Origin: Tubulanus polymorphus
Lineage: Eukaryota; Animalia; Nemertea
DNA length: 64,000 nt
Assembly: GCF_964204645.1 (NCBI RefSeq)
Contig: NC_134033.1
Coordinates: 11,292,655 to 11,356,654, forward strand
Direction: 5' to 3'
Below are positions 12,237 to 21,835 of the stretch, piece after piece. The position numbers were made by a program, and so were the translations under genes. Position 1 is the stretch's first letter; each line of letters opens with the position of its first letter. The notes below the pieces were generated by a model, which did no database searches, was not told the DNA's origin, and saw only the letters and a program-made list of their open reading frames with translations.

Positions 12237-12853
12237 AATGACCAGAAAGCAGAAGTAACGTAACATATGAACTTACAGGACATAAACAAAAGCTGTGTCA
12301 GAATAAGCGGAACAAGCGACAAATGAAAACAACCAGGGGTACCGTAGAAACCACAAAGGTCTATGAACAGAAGTCAAGTCACGAGTGGAATGTATAAAAA
12401 ATACGGGTTGTTTATGACATGTAGAATACATTGATGTAATTGAAATTGATGATAATTCTCTAGTAGACAATATCGCCGATAGTAGCTTTCACTTAACGCA
12501 ATCAATCTAATTTACGCGTGCGCAATTAACACTGCGCTATGTGCCCGTTTAGGTTTAGTTTCGGCTTCAATTAGGTCAGATCAATTAGGCAGATGGCGCT
12601 AGTATCGCATAGGTTCGTCATCGTTCATTTGTAGTTTCTATTAAATTTCACGAAAATTGTAACATCTGTATACGAGAGGCACAAGATGTACATATATCGG
12701 TCATTAAGCATCTTGTCTCATTTCATAACCTGTTTAAAAAGCCTTTTAGTTGCCTTTGATGTTCGGGTTTTTCCAACTGGCCCCGCTCACCGAATATGTC
12801 GGAATCACTAGTTTTGGCAAGTACATAATTGGCACCTTGTACCCTTATGCAGT

Positions 12854-12870
12854 GTACTAGCTTCGGCAGT

Positions 12871-12910
<40 letters not shown>

Positions 12911-12960
12911 GGCCCCTGCGCAAGGATGACACGCAAATTCGTGAAGCGTTCCATATTTTT
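12854..12960 (+). ncRNA. U6: U6 spliceosomal snRNA (copy 2)
   Basis: Identical to copy 1. Confidence 0.98.
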
Positions 12961-13489
12961 TCTTTATTTTCAAGATATTTATGATAACGATTTTTAAACG
13001 TTAGCTATATTTCAACAGAGCAGCTTAAATCGGAGAGGCAAAATCGGCCACAGAAATGATTCGCTGTTGTATAACTTGTAGCTCGGATTGTTTCCTGGCA
13101 CAAATCATTTAAATATTTAGTCTCAATATTGTTAACAGATTATAAAAATTAGTTTATTAGTTGTTTGATTGAAAACGATCGCACATTTACAGGTTTATAT
13201 CATCCTTACAATTGATAATCTGACAATAATTGACAATCTGATAGCAGAAGCAATCTGTTTCATTATATATTGTTCGAAACATCAAACTGTGATGTAACAC
13301 GCGACTGTACATCTGTGCATCTGAACGCATTTGTTTAGTAGTTATCTTCACAGCTAACTGTGTTACTGACTATCAGTTCAGAGATCCGGCACGTCCGCCA
13401 TACATTACATTGAAAGTCAAATAGGTCACACGATAATTGAAGAAGTCCCACAATTCGAATTTTATATGATGTAATTTATCAAAACGAAA

Positions 13490-13531
13490 CCACAACGTTT
13501 CGGCTGTTGACTAACAGCCATCATCAGGTGG
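13490..13531 (-). ncRNA. Minimal type-I hammerhead ribozyme motif in U6 spacer
   Basis: Minus strand reads CCAC-CUGAUGA-U-GGCUGUU-aguc-AACAGCC-GAAAC-GUU-GUGG. Stem I is CCAC/GUGG, stem II is 7 bp, and stem III is the palindrome AACGUU. Confidence 0.78.
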
Positions 13532-14562
13532 AATGGCCAGAAAACAGAAATAACGTAGCCTATAAACTTACAGGACATAAACAAAAGCTGTGTCAGAATA
13601 AGCAGAACAAGCGACACATGAAAACAACCAGGGGTACCGTAGAAAACACAAAGGTCTATGAACAGAAGTCAAGTCACGAGTAGAATGTATAAATATACGG
13701 GTTGCTTATAACATGTAAAAGAAGTAATTGAAATTGATACAAACCCTCGAGGCAAAGTCGGCCACAGAAATGATTCGCTGTTGTATAACTTGTAGCTCGG
13801 ATTGTTTCCTGATACAAATCATTTAGATTTTTGGGCTCAATATTGGCAACAGGTAATAGAAATTAGTTTATTAGTTGTTTGATTGAAAACGATCATATTT
13901 TCGCTTTGTATCATCCTTACAATTGGTACTGACTGCTTCTAATAGCGGAAGTAATCTGTTGATTTATATATTGTTCGAAACATCCAACTGTGATGTAACA
14001 CGCGACTGTACATCTGTGCATCTGAACGCGTTTGTTTGGTTGTTATCTTTACAGCTAACTGTGTTACTGACTATCAGTTCAGAGATCCGGCACGTGCGCC
14101 ATACATTACATTGAAAGTCAAATACGTCACACGATAATTGAAGAAGTCCCACAATTAGTCCCACAATTAAAACTAGACTAGGCGACAATTATCAACTACA
14201 TTGATAGTGCTGAAGAACTGACCTACAGGTGACAATTCACTGTGCCTCGATCATTAACAACACTCAGGCGGGTTTATTTATTACTACGAGCAATTATCTA
14301 AGTTAGATAATTGCTCGTAGTTTATTATAAGACCAGCCGGCAACACTATAGAATCAGAGCAGCACAAAAGGACCGAAAACTAGGACTTTTCGGTTTGTAA
14401 ATGTTTTTGAGTATTAAGTTGAAATTGTATACGGAATTATAAATCAAGTTTAAGATGTGAAAAATTTACAATAAGTGCATGCATAAACTTCTCGCAGCAT
14501 GAATTGCCATCATATTTCAATCCGTCGTTCCTTTTTTAATTATTGGTTTTGGGGTTCTTATA

Positions 14563-14702
14563 ATTACACCACCCAAGATTTCTCGGGCGGACAGGTTGCC
14601 GCTCAGTGGCCACCAGTCTATGTATTTTAAGCCAATCAGATGCGTTGTTTTTTCACCAGACTGGTGGCCACTGAGCGCCAAAGAAATATTGGGCGGTGTA
14701 AT
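14563..14702. mobile_element. Small MITE-like inverted-repeat element
   Basis: attacaccacccaa...ttgggcggtgtaat ends and an internal IR gctcagtggccaccagtct/agactggtggccactgagc. Confidence 0.6.
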
Positions 14703-14716
14703 AGACCAAGAAGCAG

Positions 14717-16352
14717 TTACTCGTAATAAACAAATCCGCCAGTTGACGATTTCATATCGTCCAAATAATCGCCAATGTTTTTATCGTATAACTCACAAAT
14801 CAATGTTGCATCGTGGTACTGAAACGATTCGCAAAGGGTCGTTCTCTGACACCAGGCGGCGCAGCTTATAACACTGTGACCGGAAGTCGACGCTATCACG
14901 TGATTCGGAGTGAGTTTAACGTTTCCCCGCACGACTTTAGTATTGAACGACGTCGATATGTAGTGCGGGATATCTGTAAAAAGATATACAGAGACGGGTT
15001 TCATCATAGCGTTTGTAGACGCTTTAGTTGTAGACGCTGTAGTAGAGGCAGTAGATGTAGACGCTGTAGTTGTAAATGCGGTGGCTGTAGACGCTGTAGA
15101 TGTAGGTTCGGCAAACGTAGACGCTTTAGTATAGGCAGTAGATGTAGACGATGTAGTTGAAGGTGCCATAGCTGTAGACGCTGTAGCTGAAGATGCGGTA
15201 GTTGTAGACGTGGGAGTTGTAGAGGTAATTGTGGAATTATCTGAAAGTGGGATGATATAATTTTAACCTCACGTATTGACCTTAAACGTTAACCCACTCA
15301 CGTATTGACCTCACACGGTGAGACGAGAAGATACACAATATCCGTGTAAGAAGATAACAAGAGAAATCCCACAATAAGTTCAGCCAAAACGAGAAACTTG
15401 AATAGAAGAGTTATATATATTTGCGCAACGTTTCGGCTAAAGACTATTAGCCATCATCAGGCGTACTGACTGTCAGTACGCCTGATGATGGCTAATAGTC
15501 TTTAGCCGAAACGTTGCGCAAATATATATAACTCTTCTATTCAAGTTTCTCGTTTTGGCTGAACTTATTGTGGGATTTCTCTTGTTACCTCACACGGACC
15601 TCACACAACTCATGCAGAGTTATATTCTTACCTACACAAGCTGAAAGTGAGAATTTCTGACAAACCAAATCCTGCCCAACATTCAAAATATAACTGTCTC
15701 CTTTAGCGTAATGTTTCATTTTGAAATCAGTAATGCGTTCAGCTACATCTGCGCATGTCTGAAAAGATGAATCATAGATGGCGCTCGATATACAACCCCC
15801 TGTATTCTTTGCCGAACTTGGTGGATTATTGTGACCAACAGCGATCATGTCGCCCTCTTTTATCTGAAAATATATTCGGACAATTCTTATGAGTAACCAG
15901 CACTGACCAGATTAAAATACCCCAATTCACAGATCTACACTAACCTCGATCTTGTTTCGTGAATTTGTATGTTTTCCTCTTTTTGTCGTTTTCTTTGGTA
16001 AATACATGCTTGAAGTCAACACCAGATGGCGCCGTGAAGCAGTTGATGTCGGTTCAACCCGCCAGGTGGTAAGAAAACTTGCACACGGATAAACACGGCG
16101 TAGAAAGTATTTCCACTCAATTAGAAATCCGTCAGTGGGAAATGTGTAGTTATACAGAAAATAAGTCGACAGTCCGACAACTTTTCCGATGTCGACAGCC
16201 GGCTGACCTATTTCTAGAATCGCGCCATCAATCGGGTCCGAATCTAAAAGAGCAAGTAAAATGATAACAGTGTGACCACCATATAACGACACCTAGCACC
16301 AGATATAATTAGTAAGCCTACCTAGAAGCAGAAGTGTCCAGACAATCAGCAT
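14717..16352 (-). CDS. Secreted protein with Thr/Ser/Ala-rich stalk and C-terminal PAN/apple-like domain (exons 16352-16322, 16243-15945, 15863-15632, 15240-14717)
   Basis: Signal-like MLIVWTLLLL, phase-consistent GT-AG introns, a mucin-like TAST repeat and the PAN cysteine pattern SVISCAAWCQRTTLCESFQY...CELY. Confidence 0.75.
15319..15586. mobile_element. Palindromic double-hammerhead insertion (Penelope-like non-autonomous element A)
   Basis: Perfect 116-bp arms (15355-15587, centre 15471) with a hammerhead core on each strand (+: 15479-15518). A 36-nt tail lies on the left, and the 11-bp direct repeat ACCTCACACGG is at 15308 and 15587. Confidence 0.8.
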
Positions 16353-17544
16353 ATTTGAAAACACCCCCATTTCTATCTCTCTATTTCTATGTTTAAACTT
16401 CTAAAAGAAAACAATAACATATCATGATATTTGTGAGGAGGATATTTCGATTTTGAACCTGATGTGAAATAGAAATAAAAGTTTGATTCTGAAGATTCCT
16501 CCTAACGGTTGCTTACCTGTGATGCGGGGTAGTAGTTGGATCAACAATAACTGCACGCTAGTGTTCTGTTACCCACTTTCAAATAATCCAATTTGCTTTG
16601 AATATTTTATTATTTGGCTGAATAACAACACCACACATTGGAATATATCATATTTTATCGGTTTTATTTATCTATGGTACACATCAAAATATATTACATG
16701 AATCACACTTGTTTTAACTGTGAACTAACCGTAATGCATCGAACACAAACCCATTGCATCATTTACCATAGTGAGGATTGTCAGGAAATTCAATCGTTAA
16801 AACCAACTCCAAACGAACTACCGATAAGAAATTCTTAGGTTTCAAATGATTTTATTGTTCAATGTCATTGTTGATTATACAAACAAATTCAAAAGGAAAG
16901 TTTAAGTGGTTGATTATAAACTAGATACAACAGATGATAGCCGATACGGTCAGTCGATTCCCCAACTTTGCAGCATCAGGCCCCCAGGTATTTATAGTTC
17001 ATTTTCAAATAAACATGTATTGGGCGAAATTCCGAAAATATGATGTATATACAGTGAACCCACGATATGCTGCCCTCCCATTTACCGAAGTGGCCGGTAT
17101 ACCGGGGTTGGACTGAATATTCGTGTCGTTTTCGGGCGCACGGTTTTTTACTGGTCATCACAGGCACGTTAAGGGTAATCGTTTTATGATGTGAATCCCG
17201 GAATCGGTATAAACCGGTTCACTAACTTCATGCTCTTTTAAATTGAACGACACTTCCTCGAATGGTTTCTCCATTTTCCCGCGGCCGAACGGTCCGAGGT
17301 CTCCGCCGTTTATATATACACACACACTCTTATAACAACGGGTTCTTCAGGGTTCTTGGTGAAGCTTGGGGTTTTATCGGCAATATAGAATGCAGATTGG
17401 GGCTCTTCGAGACTTAAGGGTTCTTAACAAAGAACCTTGCTTTCGATTGTCAAGTTACGAATTTAGTAGACCTGCTGCAGGTCCATTTGGGCCAAGTTCA
17501 AATGTTCAGTGTGATTTGAAAGTTAGTGGTATCAATCCCATAGT

Positions 17545-17665
17545 ATGTCCCAGAGTCCGGTTTATAGACTGGTATCAACTTAAACCCCGGGTTAACTCAA
17601 TTTGAAATGGATTTAGTTTTCCCCTGGGATTAAAACTGATACCAGTCTATAAAAAAACTGGGCCC
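17545..17665. mobile_element. Short MITE (Harbinger-like, degenerate)
   Basis: Inverted repeat tttatagactggtatca ... tgataccagtctataaa. The ends resemble the GGGCCCAGTT MITEs at 49.8-50.8 kb. Confidence 0.5.
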
Positions 17666-18974
17666 TTTCAACCATTCTGGTCCAAGAGCAAACCAAGTAA
17701 TCCTACATAGACCTATATATAATCGGATTAGTCGTGGTTGGTCTCTCCTGTGTTTGGAAAGTGGATTCCAAAAGATTAAACACTCACGAGGCATGCAATT
17801 TATGTTATATCGTGTTTTTTTGTAATTAAAAGAAATCTATAAACTACCCACTTATCCGGACAGTAACGCACCCGACTACAGTCGAGGTAACAACAACGAC
17901 AAGTTGCAATGAAATAACAGAACTAACGTTATTTCGGTACGTTTTCTATTAAGTATAAAAAGGTCATGCGACCCAGAGATGACCGTGACGACTATGCCCG
18001 ACGCACTATCAATCCGGCCCAGTACTCACGAAATGTCGTGACTCTTCCACCAGCAAAGAGCAAATCTTAGATAATATGAATACACCTTAATAACACACCA
18101 TTCTATGACTGTACGGTTTGCCACGCCCGTTACTAGTTTTTACTCTGATTCTACCGATTTAACTCCTAATTCCATAAAGAAATCGATCCTACAATAGACT
18201 TCTTAAATTATACATCACTAAAAATATAAAATTTCTAGTAATAGGTCTGATACATATTCTTGTAATTAGAGAATAAGGCACAGGGTACAACTATCAGTGA
18301 CTTACTAGTGTCGACCACGCCTGACTGGTCACCACACTGACCAGACATACTCATAGACTCGGTCAGTCATTGGTCCACTTGAAACACTTTGCTCAACCAA
18401 TCATTAACATCATCGATAATCATTGAGAAAAAGAAAAAAGGCAATGGGACTGTGTCACAGGGCTTTTATCAACTCGGAAGGTTAACTTTTCGTCGATTGA
18501 AAAAATATGATGGGCAAACGAACACAAAAGAAAATGTAGCTGCAAAGCAGCGATCACAGGTTTTCTGCCTACCAACATCATTTCTGTACAAACCTTTGGA
18601 AATAATGTTCATAATAGTGTATATGTTTTATGAAATAGACGAGGCTTTTCTTACGTAGTTAAAGTCACGTATGTGTGAATATATGTTCTTAAGTTTCCCC
18701 GTTAAGAGATGTAATTTCCAGTAGGATACGGGGAACATAATCCGCCCGTAATTCATATAAACACTCGACGTCTCTATCTTCAAAAAGGCTTATCATGTCG
18801 CGCAGAAGTGTGGATCTATAATCTAAAATCTGAGGGCGTAAGGTCGGTTTGAATAACATAATATACAATCTTATGCATAATTGCTGGTTGAGGAGAGATT
18901 TTCATTAACAAGCAAATAAGACTCTTGCAATAAGCACGATTAAATCATCAAAATACACAAAATAATAAATACAT

Positions 18975-19988
18975 TCATCTTGGTCTATGTAGACATCGAT
19001 GAGAAATACACAAATTCACCAGTTCCAGTTTGATATTGTCTGTAATAATGTGGACTTCACGACGAAACGTGTACAACGTGAAAATATAGATGAGGAAATT
19101 AACGACGTTGTTTCCTAACGAGAAAACACCGGTGATCGATTTTGCCACCGCGGCGCACCATTTAAAGCACATGGTCGTATACGAAGTCATGGTGAAGTTG
19201 AGTATTATTGAAATGATGACCGGGCTAGTGAAAACGATGTTTGCCACGAGAACACTGATAAGTGTAGGGATACATCGAGACGACTTACCGTTTCGATTTA
19301 CAGGTGTAACTTTACGCGTATTGAGTAGTGCGTGACTTATTGCGACCAGGCAGAAGATGTTCCCGACCCACGGGATGAAATAGTCGATGATAAGATGTAA
19401 ACAAACAGTGAAAATGCGAATAACGAATGAAAGATGCTTTAGAGGGTCAAATACGCATATGAAATAACCTTCCGATTTGCCTAAACCAGATCCAGTTGTA
19501 ACATTCGCAGCATTGAAAGCGATCAAAGTAAACGCCGAGAAAATGGAAACGAATCGAATCTTTGACTTGAAGTAGAAATGTTTACGAAAAGGATATAGAA
19601 TGACGATAGCTCTTTCTGCAGACAGGATGATGACGATCCAGGCAGAAAGTCCGATACTTGTAACCGACGAGGACATCAATATTTTACACCATATTCGTGA
19701 AGGATTTATTTCTAACACGGAGTGAATCCTAAACAAGAATCCTAACTGAGATAGAAATTGATAAGTTCCCGCCCACAGGGCCACGCAATCCGTCAAAGCT
19801 AGAGGAGTCAGATATTGAACAGCCCATGATTCTAGTTTGCGACGAATTCTGAATAAAATGACGAGCGAAAGAAGATTGCCGACGGTACCGAACACGAGAC
19901 TGATCGACGAGTAAACGACAGTCCAGAAGAATAGACGATGTTTCCAGTATTCCGGGAGACAAATCGCTGAACTATTGACGCCACGCAT
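18975..19988 (-). CDS. Intronless rhodopsin-like (class A) GPCR
   Basis: 337-aa ORF with an N-glycosylation site (NSS), GTVGN, LALTD, SAERAIVILYPF, FTSP and NFLIY motifs. Confidence 0.9.
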   Translation of the reverse strand: MRGVNSSAICLPEYWKHRLFFWTVVYSSISLVFGTVGNLLSLVILFRIRRKLESWAVQYLTPLALTDCVALWAGTYQFLSQLGFLFRIHSVLEINPSRIWCKILMSSSVTSIGLSAWIVIILSAERAIVILYPFRKHFYFKSKIRFVSIFSAFTLIAFNAANVTTGSGLGKSEGYFICVFDPLKHLSFVIRIFTVCLHLIIDYFIPWVGNIFCLVAISHALLNTRKVTPVNRNGKSSRCIPTLISVLVANIVFTSPVIISIILNFTMTSYTTMCFKWCAAVAKSITGVFSLGNNVVNFLIYIFTLYTFRREVHIITDNIKLELVNLCISHRCLHRPR

Positions 19989-20161
19989 TCGAACGCCGTT
20001 GATACACCACTGAATCGTCTGGTTAATGAGTCGTCATACCCTGCTGGCCAATCATATCGCTCCACTGTCGCTGTCTCATCGGTGTCGACACTTTTTCTAT
20101 GAAGATCTGAGGTTTATAACAGTTTTCTTTGTCAACAGTGCAAAGATAAAAGTGATTAGTA

Positions 20162-20313
20162 AAGCCCACACGCCAATAAATTTGTTTCGCCGAAACAGAA
20201 AACACGTTTTTCAGAAAACGTTTTTCGCAAAACATTTTGCCCGCAAACGATAAAACGTCCAACGCACACGGCACCGAAAAAAACGTTTTTTCGGTGCCGT
20301 GTGCGTTGGGCTT
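20162..20313. mobile_element. MITE-like element with internal perfect hairpin (20259-20309)
   Basis: aagccc...gggctt ends and the hairpin ccaacgcacacggcaccgaaaa...ttttcggtgccgtgtgcgttgg. Confidence 0.5.
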
Positions 20314-20736
20314 AAGCGACCTCTCTTTCTCGATGACTTTAACAATTCATTATTCGGATTATGACTATTTCGTTACTAATGGTAACTCCTCATCTTCAGT
20401 AACTTCACAAGTTCGGTAAAACCGTGATAAGTGAGTATAGTATCTAGTAATGACAACCTTCTCATTCTTATTGAATTCAACGATTCGGCAAAACTATGAT
20501 TACATGTTAAAACAGCAATATATTGTTCTTCAATGACCCAGTAATGTTTATGTTGTAGAGAATGCATATGTATTAATTTTCACATTGATATCGAAATCTT
20601 AGTATTCGACCACATGGCACATTCATCCCCCAATTCGCAAGGAACATTCCCTGAAGATACATCTTGTTTAGTTGACACTTTCATTTAAAAAAAAACCAAT
20701 ATCTTCAACATTAAGTTGAACTTCTTCGTGTTTTAG

Positions 20737-21226
20737 ACTAGATTAGATTAGATAAAAACTTTTATTCTACTGACTAGGGTAGCATAAGGAGGTTCATATA
20801 ATAAAATACCAAAACAAATTCAAAATATCATATCACTTATTTTACAGATGTATAACACGGTATAAAAAAATTACAAATTCAATAACACAATATGCTTGTT
20901 TAAATGAACAAACAGAAAATGACATAGTAATAAATTAGAACTATCCATGCATAGAGATATACATTCAAATATAACGCTTTAGAAAAATACAAATGAGAGC
21001 AGTCATTCAGTTGACAAATTCAAGTTTCTTGCAAAAAAACTGCAAGATCTTTAGGTGATTGAGCAAAAAGATCAATCAGGATATTTTCAAAATTACGATC
21101 ATTCGGGACTTCAGCAAAAAATTGTCTTTCAAAAAATACAAGGGACGGACAATGAATGATATAGTGTGACTCATCAGAAATGACCCTTCCTTTACACAGA
21201 GGGCACTTGTCATCACCGATGTTCAC
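20737..21226 (-). mobile_element. 3' fragment of non-LTR retrotransposon with (TCTAA)n tail
   Basis: CPLC...SDESHYIIHCP zinc-knuckle ORF end, then AATAAA and a tctaa repeat tail. Confidence 0.7.
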
Positions 21227-21243
21227 AGGAAGCGTTCACAGGT

Positions 21244-21814
21244 GAATACGAATACGAATACGAATACGAATATTTATTACACTCCAACCATTTCCATGGT
21301 ATATGGAGGAAAAGAAACAGTATTTACAATTATTTACAAAAACAGTAGATAAAAGCACTTTGAAACATAACAAACGTTATATACAACATACTATTTACAC
21401 ACACTACCGGAGGGATCTATATACATCCAGACCTAATTTGATAAATTTAGCAAGTTTAAAAGTTGGATTTTTTAAAACATCAAGATTCCGAAAGGTATTT
21501 GAATTTAGGTAGCTTTCACGGAATACGGTAAGTAATTTACAGTCAAAAATGAAATGTAGTTCGTCGCCTTAAACGTTACAGGTGGGGCATAATCTATCGG
21601 TTCTCGGTAGATGGAGATTTGACAATTTATTTACAGGTAGGAGATAAGACCCAATCCTGAACTGGAATAAGCTGGTCACTAAGTCGTCATCAAGCCGATT
21701 TATATAGTTTTCAAATTTGATATCCTTCTTATATTGTCTAAAATTAATGTATAACGGGTGGTGCGTCGTAGGTAGTGCTGCCATCTGTGCGTACAATGCT
21801 GTACTACGCAACAT
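21244..21814 (-). mobile_element. 3' fragment of non-LTR retrotransposon (CR1/L2/Daphne-like ORF2 end) with (TATTCG)n tail
   Basis: FRIGSYLLPV...DRLCPTCNV*GDELHFIFDC motif with a stop codon, AATAAA, then tattcg x4. Confidence 0.75.
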
Positions 21815-21835
21815 TCGTCTGCTAGTTATTTCAGC

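Larger units (their letters stand above)
10476..14155 (+). repeat. Tandem U6 snRNA array, unit ~1.16-1.29 kb; the last unit has lost its U6
   Basis: Spacer blocks repeat at ~10.5, 11.7, 13.0 and 13.75 kb. The two intact U6 starts are 1286 bp apart. Confidence 0.92.

Noticed and set aside
11437-12932. Two near-identical 69-aa ORFs MSSLRRGHANLLCIVPILVYVLPK
   Set aside because: They are the antisense reading of U6 snRNA and its promoter, not proteins.
5363-14188. Repeated short ORFs MGLLQLSCDLFDFQ... / ...CDVTRDCTSVHLNAF
   Set aside because: They come from the repeated non-coding spacer, have variable starts, stops and indels, and use non-ATG starts.
14813-15160. Cys/Arg-rich + strand ORF (CRRCS repeats)
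   Set aside because: Antisense of the Thr/Ala/Ser-rich exon of the PAN-domain gene.
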